A stretch of DNA of 63,492 bases, counting the filler, from Octopus bimaculoides (lineage: Eukaryota), in NCBI RefSeq assembly GCF_001194135.2. It is 8 parts of 8 records of this genome, joined end to end, with 100 filler letters (N's around TTAATTAATTAA, not from the genome) between each part and the next. Parts side by side here need not be neighbours in the genome. Positions count along the whole stretch, not along the records: positions 14,103 to 25,242 come from NC_069007.1; positions 25,343 to 28,689 come from NC_068994.1; positions 28,790 to 35,388 come from NC_068987.1; positions 35,489 to 46,249 come from NC_068989.1; 4 more parts are not named here. One strand, written 5' to 3'. Position numbers and translations under genes: made by a program. The notes below the pieces were generated by a model that saw nothing but the letters and a program-made list of their open reading frames with translations, was not told where the DNA came from and did no database searches. Each line of letters opens with the position of its first letter. Positions within the stretch are counted from its first letter, which is position 1. Positions 23,939 through 37,667 of this stretch are shown here, in pieces.

Positions 23939-24213
23939 GTTCCACTTCAACGCAGAACACCTCCATCCAGGAACGGTCCCCTACAGAGTACAAAGACCCC
24001 ATGCAGGAACAGAAGAATGCCTCCCGGCAATTGGTGTCTGATTCGGAGGTGGAGGAAGTAAGCAGCATCCTGACCAAAATCAAGTCGATGGCGCTGAACA
24101 TCAACCACGAAGAGACTAAACAGAACGAGAAACTCGACGAACTCACAGACAGCGTGAAAACGGCAACGACCAGGGTGAAGGATCAAACCAAACAAATTAA
24201 GAAAATGATTTAA
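23939..24213 (+). CDS. SNAP47: SNAP47-like, terminal coding exon (Qc SNARE)
   Basis: Long polypyrimidine tract with TTTAG|GT at 23938/23939. Phase 1 matches exon 1 (G+GT = Gly). Encodes EVEEVSSILTKIKSMALNINHEETKQNEKLDELTDSVKTATTRVKDQTKQIKKMI*. Spliced CDS is 1251 nt = 416 aa. Confidence 0.9.
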
Positions 24214-24253
24214 GATTCGGGCTCTCCCCTCCTATTCACTCTCTCCTCTCATA

Positions 24254-24288
<35 letters not shown>

Positions 24289-24588
24289 NNNNNNNNNNNN
24301 NNNNNNNNNNNNNNNNNNNNNNNNNNNNNNNNNNNNNNNNNNNNNNNNNNNNNNNNNNNNNNNNNNNNNNNNNNNNNNNNNNNNNNNNNNNNNNNNNNNN
24401 NNNNNNNNNNNNNNNNNNNNNNNNNNNNNNNNNNNNNNNNNNNNNNNNNNNNNNNNNNNNNNNNNNNNNNNNNNNNNNNNNNNNNNNNNNNNNNNNNNNN
24501 NNNNNNNNNNNNNNNNNNNNNNNNNNNNNNNNNNNNNNNNNNNNNNNNNNNNNNNNNNNNNNNNNNNNNNNNNNNNNNNNNNNNNNNN

Positions 24589-24629
<41 letters not shown>

Positions 24630-25981
24630 CCACATCTGTATCTATATATATTATTGTGACTGGGTGAACATTCAACAAGCAAAGAGAACTCAATACCGAT
24701 CATAGTATTAGATATAGTCCCTATACAGCACATAAGACATACAATACATTACCTAAGTTTCATGGCCAGGCCATGGTTTCAAACTCTGGTAGACAATAAC
24801 ACCACATGTCACACATCCATTGGGTAAAAAAGAAAAAAAAATGCATACCCCTGCATATAAATCATAATGGTTTTGCCCAATGTATGGATACCATGTGGTA
24901 TTGTCCTTCACCACAGTTTAACCCTTTAGTGTTTAAACCGGCCATATCTGGCCCAATATATTCTACATGTTTTATATCCAAACTGGCGATATCCAGCCTC
25001 TCACACCTAACCTACATTGACATTCTAAAAATAAACAATCACATCATTGAAACCTCAAAGCTATAATGCATGCGTGGTTAATTCAAAACAATTTGAGTGA
25101 AGACGTATTACGTTTAACAGAGTAATCTGAACACTAAAGGGTTTTAAACTACAGCTTGACTATAAAACTTAAGTAGCAAATTTTGTGTCTTAAGTGCTAC
25201 ATAAGGATCATATGTATATATATGTGTATATATATATATATANNNNNNNNNNNNNNNNNNNNNNNNNNNNNNNNNNNNNNNNNNNNTTAATTAATTAANN
25301 NNNNNNNNNNNNNNNNNNNNNNNNNNNNNNNNNNNNNNNNNNTATATATATATATATACACACACATGCATACATACATACATACATACATACATACATA
25401 CATACATACGTATTGTACGTTCTGATACGATGTGGAGTATTGTTTCAGAACACATACCAGATAGGCGACAGTCGTCATCTATATTATAGAAAATATAAAT
25501 ATTTGTCTCAATGAAGTCTATTCATTCTTTTATTCACCTATTAATGCTTGTGCTGTTATTGTTTAGCCCCAAGTCAGCTCTGAATGAAACAGATCTTTGA
25601 TCAAAGACATTCCAGCCGTAGCCATCACGTGTTTTTTTAAAACAAAATGCTTTAGGGTTACCTAGTTCTTGTAGAAGTATTGACGTAACCGGAGAGGGTT
25701 GGGGGAGACCCTTAACCCTGTAAACGTTTTAGTGTTTCCAAGAAGAAAGGGACGTAGTTCTCCTAAAACTGGACACATCGTCAGAATTCCAAAGAGTGAA
25801 TTCTTCTGAAGGTATTCAAAGATCAGGTGATAGAGTTAAACCGGACACAAGATTATGTCAAAGATCAGAAATAAATTCTAAATTCTCCAAGGAGTCTCGT
25901 CCATTTCCCTCGCAATTCTGCCAATACACAACCTTAGAATGGTACTTTATATTATCGACTCCAAAGGATAAAAAATGTAAA

Positions 25982-26235
25982 GGAGCGTGGCCTGGTGGTT
26001 AGGGTGTTTCAATCACGATCTCAAGACCGTGGTTTCGATTCTCGGACCTGGTGATACATTGAATTCTTGAACAAAATGCTTCATTTCACGTGGCTCCAGT
26101 CCATTCAGCTGTAGATGTGTTAGCCCAACGACGGACTAGCATCTCACTCAGACAGGATGTTGTGATCTCGGCTGCTTATACACTATGGAAACCTGGTAAA
26201 TGGTTCTATGAGTCCGAAAACTCGAGATCGTAATG
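25982..26235 (+). mobile_element. SINE family D
   Basis: GGAGCGTGGCCTGGTGGTTAGGG...GGTTTCGATTC head and a body shared with 23447 and 52640. Confidence 0.7.
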
Positions 26236-26851
26236 TCCAGGGGTTGGTGATGAGGATGATGATGGTGCTGAAGAAAAAAGAAAAGCAAACTTGACTTCGG
26301 TGAAATTAGAACTCAGAACACAGAGCCCTAGGACAAATACGGCAAAACATTTTTAAAATTTAGCTAGAGACGAAATGCCAAAGTGTAACCACTTTGCCAT
26401 TTCGCCTCTAGATAGTTTTCGTGTTGTTGAGGTTATTGTTGCTGTTGTCATTGTTATTGTTTATATTTTAGTCTCAGAGCAGACCTAATCGAACAAGCCT
26501 GTTCTTAGAGACATTCTGACCGTGAACCTCCCGTCTTTCTTTTCACGTCCAGAGATTCAAGAGCCACACTATCCGTCACCTCTTTTTCTAAGACACAAAA
26601 CAATAGATGGCAAATTAGTGAGCGCATTGATAAGAATGCCTCGTGGTATTTGTTCCTACTGTCTCTGCTATCTGGGTTCAAATCCAGCCGAGATCCACTT
26701 TGTGCCAATTCAAGCCGGTGTAATGGCCAGAAGGTTAGAACGCCGTTCTGAGTTCAAATCCTAACGCGGTTTACTTGGATGGTAGTTGAATCGAAAACAC
26801 TTTGCATTGAAAATTATCTTCTGCATCAGGGCGAGAAATGTAACTAACTTA

Positions 26852-27069
26852 CGTAGGGGCTGCTGAAAAGTTTCTAGCTTTAAGGGTGTCGCGAAAGGCC
26901 TGGTTGGAGGCCCACCTTTCCGAGTTCTCTTACAGAGCTTAGGAAAACTGAAGGACCACTGCAATAAGTGTGTGAATCAGAAAGGGGAATATGTGGAATA
27001 AAATCATAATTAACTGATATTCCTGTATTTTCTTTTATTCAAAGCCAGGAACTTTCCAGCACGCTTTCG
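26852..27069 (+). mobile_element. Mariner internal-deletion derivative (MITE)
   Basis: TA-flanked left TIR CGTAGGGGCTGCTGAAAAGTTTCTAGCTTT and right TIR AAAGCCAGGAACTTTCCAGCACGCTTTCG. Internal RKLKDHCNKCVNQKGEYVE* matches the mariner transposase C-terminus. Confidence 0.8.
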
Positions 27070-27084
27070 TGTTCTTTTATTCTT

Positions 27085-27432
27085 TTATTTGTTTCAGTAA
27101 TTTGACTGCGCCCATGCTGGAGCACCGCTTTTAGTCGAGCAAATCGCCCCCCAGAGCTTATTCTTTGTAAGCCTAGTACTTATTCTATCGGCCTCTTTGG
27201 CCGAACCGCTAAGTTACGGGGACGTAAACACACCAGCTTCGGTTGTCAAGCGATGTTGGGGGGGGGGGACAAACACAGACACACAAACATATACACACAC
27301 ATACATATGCATATATACATATATACGACGGGCTTCTTTCAGTTTCCGTCTACCAAATCCACTCACAAGGCTTTGGTCGGCCCGAGGCTATAGTAGAAGA
27401 CACTTGCCCAAGGTGCCACGCAGTGGGACTGA
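27085..27432 (-). mobile_element. SINE family A
   Basis: Reverse complement of 11700-12056. Confidence 0.9.
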
Positions 27433-27789
27433 AAGAAAAACAAAAACAAACTGATAAGTAGTGGGGGTTGATTCATTCGACTAAAAATTTATTCAAAGCG
27501 GTGCCCCAGCACGGCCGCAGTCTAAAGACTAAAACAAGTAAAAGATAAAAAAGATGGAAAAAGAGAAGATACAGAAACAACGAGTACATATGCAGATATA
27601 AAAAAAAAGCTAATACAAAAATATATTCAAATAATGACCAGATATGTAGATATAAATAGCCAATACTATAAAACACAATGAAAAATATTGACTAAATGGA
27701 AGTTGGTTATACGAAATCCATTCAAATACCGACAACATATGCAGAGAGAGAAAAAAAATTTCCTTATTGCATGCTTTAATATTTTTGGT

Positions 27790-28000
27790 TAATAATGAGT
27801 CAAATATTCCACCCGGTTATGCAATGGTATCGAGCGCAGGCGGTGTGGGTGCCGCAACGAACATAGCCTGACTTTGTTTTTGGCTTCCCTCGTCTTGTCC
27901 AAACGAAACACTGCACAACGTTGCTGGTGGGATACGATCTCACATGAAGTAGTTGAGAGATGATAGGTCAAGCATTCTTGCAAACCACTGCGGTAATTCT
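27790..28000 (-). pseudogene. Possible highly decayed Tc1/mariner transposase C-terminal remnant
   Basis: Minus-strand LDLSSLNYFM resembles SPDLNPLDYF, and a downstream GGIF resembles the terminal GG.FE. Broken reading frames. Confidence 0.3.
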
Positions 28001-28140
28001 GACTCCACTGAGTCTAGACGAGAAACACCCGACAATCAACAACTACAGACCTGCTATTTATTTCAGATTTTTAGATTTGACTTTGTTTATCGTTAACAGA
28101 GAGAATAGTGTAAGTATGTGTGTGTGTGTGTGTGTGAAGG

Positions 28141-28193
<53 letters not shown>

Positions 28194-28302
28194 CGAACTA
28201 GTGCACAGAGATGAGAAAGGGAAAGAGAGATACAAAAACAAGACTAAGAGAGCTAAAAATAAGAGAGAGAGAACGAAAGAGGGAGCTCGAGATAGATATA
28301 GC

Positions 28303-28333
<31 letters not shown>

Positions 28334-28453
28334 GAGGAAAAGAGAAACATAGAAAGATTAGACACACACACACACACACACACACATACACACCGACAGA
28401 GAGATGGGAAGAGACACTGAAAAACAATATACGTGAGTGAGATAGAGAAAGAA

Positions 28454-28484
<31 letters not shown>

Positions 28485-29447
28485 AGGGGAGACAGAGTGA
28501 GAGGGGGAGACAGAGGGAGAGGGGGAGATTAAAAACAAGGAGAGAGAGACGAAGATTTGTTACTGTCGTCGGCGATGCTGTTTAGCCCCAGGTCAGCCAG
28601 CCTTGTCTGAGCAAACCAATTATGAAAGGCATCCCAGCAATGAACATTCCGTTCTGTATCTATATCTCCATCATCTATGTACATATGTCNNNNNNNNNNN
28701 NNNNNNNNNNNNNNNNNNNNNNNNNNNNNNNNNTTAATTAATTAANNNNNNNNNNNNNNNNNNNNNNNNNNNNNNNNNNNNNNNNNNNNATATATGAATA
28801 ATATATGTGTTTCTGCATTTGTCTACGCGTGTATATGTACATATAAATGTGAGCATATATATCGTTGCTATTATGCAAAAGTGTAGTAAATCCGGATCGT
28901 TGCTTTTTCAGAAAACGAAGACTTACTTCCACCATTCCATAGAAAAATCGTTGTACTATACTTTGACAAATTTTGAAATGTTGACATCTGAAGCAGCTGG
29001 AGAAACGACAGTTTGACCAAAAGAATCGGATATTGCAAGCAAAAATAAATATTGAAAAAGAAAACACATTTGTCCAAATTTAGACATACGACAGTTTAAC
29101 ATAAAAGCACTGAATTATGTATGCATGTATGTATGGATGTATGTATGTATCTATCTATATAAATAGATATATGCATATATAGAAGTACACACACACATAC
29201 ATTACAGTGGAAGTCACTAATAAGTTTCGATGAAGCTTTTAGATAAAGATACAAAAATTGTAACATTTATTGGTTGATTGAATAATATGTAAATATGTAT
29301 TATTGATATACAGGCAATATCCAGTCTATTTTATATGATGAAATTGTTTTGATAATAATTGTTTTAAAGAATTTATCTGATATTATATTGTCTTCCTCTC
29401 AATACCTACGTATATACACTTATATGCATCACATTCTGTCTCTCCAT

Positions 29448-29503
<56 letters not shown>

Positions 29504-31015
29504 GCTGTCTGTATATCTATCTACTGTATACATGGACACACACACACACAAACACACACACACTCACATACACACACGCACACACACATACACACACACC
29601 TATATATATACAAAGTGAGAAGGAGAGGGAGACTGAAGAAAAAATTTATTTGTACTAGTATTTTTGCAGTTTACACTTCTCTTCAAACATATGAAACGAA
29701 AAATTGCATTTCTGGTAACAATTCCTAATCCCTTCTTTTCTACTAAGATACCGATGTTCTTTATTTCCTGGATTGTGTTCAAGAATGTTCGCTTTAAACA
29801 ATGTTAATATTTGAGTTTTCGTGCAAAAGTTATGTGATGATTGGCGATATTTGAAAATAGAAATACAAATATAACTTTATCTTTTAGTCTCAAATGATTG
29901 AAAAATATATTAGAAGTTACACATTTATAATGGCTATAACTTTATACTCAGTTCTTCCCCGTTATACGCGCGCACTTCTATTATCAATATACAGTTAATA
30001 TTTAAGTCAGTGAATCGCCAGAGTCGTTAGCAAGTCGGACCAAATTTCTGAGCAGCATTTCTTTTGTTTGTACATTCTGATCTCAAATTTCGCGGAGTTC
30101 GACTCTGGCTTTTATTCCTTTTGGGGAATAGTTGTACAGTGGGGTCAATGTATTCGACTGAAGTTGCTGACATTGTGCCAAAATTTGAAACCAATATAAA
30201 TGATTATTTAACCGACACATGTTATTTATCAATGTACAGTTATTATTTGTAATATTTTAAATAATCCTTGAGATGTTAAAATGAAATGTGTGCAGCTGAC
30301 TCAAACAATAATCATATGTTGTTAGAAATAAACTTATGTAAGTTTAGAATTATCCTGATTCACTCACTTAGGCTCTAAATATCCCCAAATATCTTCACTC
30401 TATTCTGCGCAACGTCAGGTAATCTTCCAGCTCAATGACATGAGACAAGGTCTGGATGTCACAAAGTGACTTGTAGACTAATATAATCTAATAAACTTTT
30501 ATCTTTTACAGGATATGTGCGTTTCAAATAGAGTCAAACGCCAGAAGAACAAACTCAAAGACAGTGGGAGTCTTTGCAAATTTGATTAGTTATCTGCTTT
30601 ATTTATATATTCACAGGAATACAACTTACACACATTCTAAAGTTATTTTTTGAAAAAATATGTCATCTTCAAATTTCCCCTACATGAAATACCAAAATAG
30701 ATATCAGAAAGAAAACTAATTCGTTATCAAGTGTTTTGAGAATAGTAGCATCATGCCAAAAGAGCTTCTCACTTGTTGATGTACTCTTATACCTCACGAG
30801 AAGAATGTTGGTGTAACTAATGTTGTATATTGGCTGTTACATCTCACGAGGGAATTGCAGTAGGTTAAGTATTTTTGCTTATATATGATATATATAGATA
30901 TAGAAGCATAATCATATATATATATATGTATATAATATGAGGGGTTTAGCTCACTTGTAAGCCAAGCGAATAGGTACGTTGGGTAAGTGGATTCCTGTTA
31001 GGTTATAGCATATGT

Positions 31016-31740
31016 TATATTAGAGGAAACATCAAAACCAAGGCAGAACGAGTATCTCAAGTTAATTAGAATCATTTAATTGCGGTAAGTTGAACTTGAA
31101 GTCTTATAGCTGTTTCTAGGATAACCCAATGGTTGGTTAGCATGTCTGTGCACTGGGTATTCCGGCATCTGAGACAAGGTATGAAACTTTTATACAAAGT
31201 AAGTTTACAGTTTACAAGGAATAAAATTCACAGTTTATAAGGAATATAATAGAATCAATTAGCAAAATAGAAGAATAAAGAGTAAAAGTGGTTAGAATAA
31301 TATAGGCAGGAGACTAATGATCACAACTTATCTTTTCCCAGAGGATATGGATGTTGGTCGGTAATTCCATGAAGGTACAGGTTTTTAGATAAAATCCCAG
31401 GTAAAATTAACCTGTACCTTCATGTAAGTACAGACCAACATCCATATCCCCTGGAAAAAGATGAGTTGTGAACATTATTCTTCTGCTTGTATTCTTCTAA
31501 CTTCTTTTACTCATTACTCTTTTATTTTACTATTTTATTCTTCTATTTTATTCCTTATAAACTGTGAATTTGATTCTACGTAAACTGTAATTTTTCCCCG
31601 GCTAAAATATTCATACTTTGCATTATTTGGATTATCCTAGAATCAGTTGTAAGACTTCAAATTCACATTATCCCACTGAAATGATCCTAACTGACTTGAG
31701 ATACCCGTTCTGCTTTGGTTTTGAGTTTTCCTCTAATATA
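31016..31740. mobile_element. Foldback element, ~350-bp inverted arms with a 25-bp spacer
   Basis: TATATTAGAGGAAAC..CAAAACCAAGGCAGAACG / CGTTCTGCTTTGGTTTTGAGTTTTCCTCTAATATA; inner CATGAAGGTACAGGTT / AACCTGTACCTTCATG; loop 31384-31408. Confidence 0.88.
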
Positions 31741-31741
31741 A

Positions 31742-31796
<55 letters not shown>

Positions 31797-31810
31797 TATA
31801 TATATATAAC

Positions 31811-32054
31811 GTGAAGTATATCTGCCAAATTGTTGTGGCGGTCCCATACTGCTTTTTTTAGCTCCAGGAGAACATCACCTCCAGCTGGTTAACGACACGC
31901 TGACTATCTCTGATTAGTATTTGCGAAGGGAGATCATCGTTCCTATCTCTAGCCTTACGTGATACACACAAACCCAAGTTTCTGGGTAGTGACCTGTCAT
32001 AAGTGTGTAATAATCGCCAGTAAGCGACAAGAACTCATTCCAAACGCAAAATAC
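31811..32054 (+). repeat. Unclassified structured element, copy C
   Basis: Starts GTGAAGTATATCTGCC after (TA)n and shares TTAGCTCCAGGAGAACATCACCTCCAGCTGG with the other copies. 3' stems GTATTTGCG/CGCAAAATAC, CTTAC/GTAAG, TACACAC/GTGTGTA. Confidence 0.75.
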
Positions 32055-33566
32055 TATATGCTATAACATAAATGTTATAATATGTTATATTCATAGTATA
32101 TTATGTTATATTATAATATAAATAATAAACTATTGGATTGTCATTTGTAGCTCCCTATTTAATTTATTGTTTGAAATTTGCATTAAACCCATATCTATGT
32201 GGTATTTAACCGATGTATCAGTGAATTGGATGTTTTACCCACCTCTTAGAAGGAAATGTTTTCATCCAACACCAGCAGTCTCATTAGCGATTACTCTGAA
32301 CTGGCTTGGTGCGTTAAGACCTATTTGTCTACTGCGAGACTATTTCTCCCTGACAATATACAGCATTCACACGGTTTCGAATTTACCTGAAGCATATTTA
32401 AACTGGTAATAAGTTCCTATAATTCACGTCATTACTTAGAGATTCTATTCAGTATCTTATTTAACAGGCAAGCTGCTTATAGCGCAGCCAGACACAGTAC
32501 CATGACGGGAATATAAGATTTCTATCTCCCCCTCCCACTCCATCCTTTTTCCCCACTGTCGCTTATCAGTTCGTAACATTTACTTTTCCGGTATCGGTTG
32601 CTGAAGGTGAGATAACCACTCCGAAATACAGACCTTCATCAGTTTGATTAGAAAACGCTTCGAACTGACTCGGTGTGGCGTGTTTACATCTATTTATCTA
32701 CTGCGAGAAATTTTCACCATTACAAATCTGCAGTGAATGGCTTTCTAACGGGTCGAATATGCCTCAAACATATTTGAAGAGTTTTAAAATATCGTACAAA
32801 TATATGCTAATATATCATGCGCTGAATATTTTCTTCGTGAGTTTTTAACATTTTAGACACCATGTTTATCTATTCGCCAATGACATTTTTACTTACTATA
32901 GTTCAATTTCTGTTACATATATAGAGGAAAACTACGATATATGAAGTACGATGCTTGTGTTGTGTCTTACTTTTGACAGCCACATTCTGCTGAGCACACA
33001 CTCTTACAGTAGTTGATATAGGTGAATTGTTAAAATGCAGAAAGTGTATATCTTATTTAATGAGTTTCAGGATGAATTCGTTGGCATGCCACTTTTTAAT
33101 ATTAACTCTTAAATATGATCGATGTTTCAAATGCATAACGGCATAACAATAAAATGTTAGCCAAAAGTATTATCAACGTAATAGAAGTAAAATGAACATC
33201 ATTAATTCTAACTCTTCTACGACGACTATATGGTTTCAAGCTTTTCTAGTTGAAATGAAAGACATGTTTATAAATTTAATATCACAAATATGATCATAAA
33301 TAAGCAATAGGCAAAAACCAGCAAACGACAGAATACTTTCTTGCATTATTTTTTATCGCTCCATTGTATATGTTTACTCGTCTTCCAATCATGAATCCCG
33401 TTAATGCGTAATATTCGGCTTAACCAAAACTATTTTCTCGAAATCTGCTCAGCATATTGTATATTGTAATAGACTAGACATTATTGCCTGTCACATAGGT
33501 GACTATAGCATTAGGAATCATTTTTTAGCACTATCAGACATTCTCCATTAGGATATGCATTTCGTT

Positions 33567-33568
<2 letters not shown>

Positions 33569-33624
<56 letters not shown>

Positions 33625-33625
33625 G

Positions 33626-33664
<39 letters not shown>

Positions 33665-33700
33665 GTGGTAGTAGTTGTAGTAGTATTACTACTACTACTA
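33569..33700. repeat. (CTA)n microsatellite
   Basis: Direct reading. Confidence 0.97.
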
Positions 33701-34951
33701 TACGCATAAATATGCCCCATACTCACAAATAGGCTCCTCCCTCACAGAAACCCACCACAGAAATAAAACTCCAAACGAATTCACATAACTACGCGCATAC
33801 AATCATATGCATACTGAAATGACAGACAATCGTACACGCATACACACAGTGACATATCCATGGATTTACGAGCTCCACAAAATCGACTATCATTGCCGAA
33901 AGAACCTTAATCATAATACACCACACCACCGTTGCGAACACCCTATCGACAGCCTCATCACCACCTTACATTCTAGCACAATTTACAATCTCCTCCTATG
34001 CTATTACTACCACGAGCTACAACGTCCATCGGCAGCTTTCATGGTCAGCATTATTGTCTCGACTCATCTCCATCATCACTTTCTATTCTACAGCCTGTAC
34101 CACCACCATCATCCGCACCAACGCCTTTTCTTTCACAACAAAGAACACACACACCGAAACAGAACTAACCACGAAGATGTTTAATACTTCAACATCATCG
34201 GTATTGTCAATCTACGCAGCTTCCCAGCTCCAATGTATTTGACATATATTAACATCACGGCCTTGGATCGAACGTGTTAGATTTTAGAGTTTGACTTCTT
34301 TATTACAAGAGGCCCGAGATTGTGGCTATGAACATACTGCTCGAAAGAAATATACATGTATTTACCTGTGTGAGTAAATGTATGAATATATGTGTGTGTG
34401 TCTGTCGCCCACGCTCTCTAAGTTGTCTCTGTTTGTCTGTCTGTTTCTAGATATGTGTGTATATGGGTATGTGTGAGTGTGTGTGTATGCGTATATAAAT
34501 TAAGACGCTTCCTAAATATATTTCTGTTGATACATCGTTCAATATCCCAATAGATTTCTTAAAGTACCATGGTAAAATGTTTGAAGTCGATGCTGGGTTA
34601 CTAATTACATTTCTGTCGTGTAATTATAGTTTAATTTAATAAAACCTAGAGTTCCTAAATTTGAGATGGCTTTTTGTAAAAGAAAAATCTAAATATGTAT
34701 GCATCAAATGAGGAAGATATCTGCAATCGAGTCTACTTAAATGAGCGTACGGAAACTGTGAAATTTCTCAATTTATAAGTATTTATATGAAATCAGAAAA
34801 TATTTTCAGAACTGCGCAGAAATACAAACACTGTATTATTATACAAACTGCATGTACATACACTTATTCCAACATGTAAATGTACATTTAAACAGACACT
34901 ATAGCATAATCGTAAATAGACGTGAGAAGCCACAAATTTGTCATAACTATA

Positions 34952-35176
34952 CACGTTGGGCAAAAGTCACCCGACAATAAACCAAAATTCCATAATTACA
35001 TATTATTCAAATTTATTTATTCAGTCTAATTTTGAATGTTTAATAATTGCATGCTGTGAGTTAAAATCTCAAGATTTTTCTAATTATTAGCGAAGTTTTA
35101 TATAAAATATTTTTTTGTTTCCATCATGGAATTATATGTTTCTGATTTACTGTCAGGTGACTTTTGGCCAATCCTG
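34952..35176. mobile_element. Tc1/mariner-type MITE
   Basis: TA-CACGTTGGGCAAAAGTCACCCGACAATA at the left and TACTGTCAGGTGACTTTTGGCCAATCCTG at the right form a ~30-bp imperfect TIR. Confidence 0.7.
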
Positions 35177-35691
35177 CATGTAATATGTTATGTTTAAAAA
35201 GTAATGTATTGAAATTCAAACATGAAAATATTACATTAAAAGAAATTGGGATTTATATATATATATCTATGTATCTATATTTATATGCGTACGTTACTTA
35301 ATGTTGGGGGAATGAGAAAAGAGTGCTCAGTACATTTTGTAGAGGATATCAGTTTCAGGTTTAATAAAGTAATATATATATATATATANNNNNNNNNNNN
35401 NNNNNNNNNNNNNNNNNNNNNNNNNNNNNNNNTTAATTAATTAANNNNNNNNNNNNNNNNNNNNNNNNNNNNNNNNNNNNNNNNNNNNAGTTCGGCTTCG
35501 CTAAATTTTGGACTCAGCACATAAAACATGGCAACAGATAGCTCAGAGGAATTTTTTGCTTCATGTTTCAACGATTCTCTGAATTCTCAGAATTAATGCG
35601 GATACAAGGGATTTTATTATGATACGCGCTCGCGCGTAGGTGTATGTTGCTTTTATCTTTTTATACAAACACACAATCATATATGCGTGTG

Positions 35692-35732
<41 letters not shown>

Positions 35733-36989
35733 AATCAAATATAGGTCAACTATATATAGGTTTATATATAATTTCTCATGTATGTTTGATGGTGTGCTAG
35801 CTTATACGTCTACAACTGCACGTATATGTGATAATGCATGTAGGACTGAGGGATTGTGTGAGTGTATATATATATATATACATACATATACATATATATG
35901 TATTATATATATATATCCATATATATACATTCAAACATGCATGTATATATATATATATATGTATGTATGTAAATATATATGTATGTATGTAAATATATAN
36001 NNNNNNNNNNNNNNNNNNNNNNNNNNNNNNNNNNNNNNNNNNNNNNNNNNNNNNNNNNNNNNNNNNNNNNNNNNNNNNNNNNNNNNNNNNNNNNNNNNNN
36101 NNNNNNNNNNNNNNNNNNNNNNNNNNNNNNNNNNNNNNNNNNNNNNNNNNNNNNNNNNNNNNNNNNNNNNNNNNNNNNNNNNNNNNNNNNNNNNNNNNNN
36201 NNNNNNNNNNNNNNNNNNNNNNNNNNNNNNNNNNNNNNNNNNNNNNNNNNNNNNNNNNNNNNNNNNNNNNNNNNNNNNNNNNNNNNNNNNNNNNNNNNNN
36301 NNNNNNNNNNNNNNNNNNNNNNNNNNNNNNNNNNNNNNNNNNNNNNNNNNNNNNNNNNNNNNNNNNNNNNNNNNNNNNNNNNNNNNNNNNNNNNNNNNNN
36401 NNNNNNNNNNNNNNNNNNNNNNNNNNNNNNNNNNNNNNNNNNNNNNNNNNNNNNNNNNNNNNNNNNNNNNNNNNNNNNNNNNNNNNNNNNNNNNNNNNNN
36501 NNNNNNNNNNNNNNNNNNNNNNNNNNNNNNNNNNNNNNNNNNNNNNNNNNNNNNNNNNNNNNNNNNNNNNNNNNNNNNNNNNNNNNNNNNNNNNNNNNNN
36601 NNNNNNNNNNNNNNNNNNNNNNNNNNNNNNNNNNNNNNNNNNNNNNNNNNNNNNNNNNNNNNNNNNNNNNNNNNNNNNNNNNNNNNNNNNNNNNNNNNNN
36701 NNNNNNNNNNNNNNNNNNNNNNNNNNNNNNNNNNNNNNNNNNNNNNNNNNNNNNNNNNNNNNNNNNNNNNNNNNNNNNNNNNNNNNNNNNNNNNNNNNNN
36801 NNNNNNNNNNNNNNNNNNNNNNNNNNNNNNNNNNNNNNNNNNNNNNNNNNNNNNNNNNNNNNNNNNNNNNNNNNNNNNNNNNNNNNNNNNNNNNNNNNNN
36901 NNNNNNNNNNNNNNNNNNNNNNNNNNNNNNNNNNNNNNNNNNNNNNNNNNNNNNNNNNNNNNNNNNNNNNNNNNNNNNNNNNNNNNNNN

Positions 36990-37064
<75 letters not shown>

Positions 37065-37596
37065 CATGTATAGATAGATAGACAAATAGATAGATACAAC
37101 ATGCATACATATGTATATGTATCTAAATATATACATGTATATATACATACATACTTCCATGCATAGATACATACATACATACATACATACATATGTATAT
37201 GTAAATATATACACATATATATACATACATGCTTGCATATATACATTCATACATACATACACACATGCCTACATACATACATACATAGATACATACATAC
37301 ATGTGTTATTCCGATGAAATAAAGGTCACAGTGACTTCGAAGTTTTGCCGTCTGTAAGTGCGTCAGTGAATGAAGGAACAATGATGGTGGCAACATTTAA
37401 TGATAGATAATCATTGGCAAGGGTTACACTGTCGAAGAGGAATGGAGAACAAGCTTTCTTTTATGCACGCTTTCTCTGGCCGTCTTTTCAAACATATTGT
37501 TGCGTGCACGCTTACCAAATTTTACTTGCAAATTAGTTATTTTTCTGTCCGTACCTTATTCTTAGTCTATACAAATGTTTGTATATTGTCTACTTA

Positions 37597-37667
<71 letters not shown>

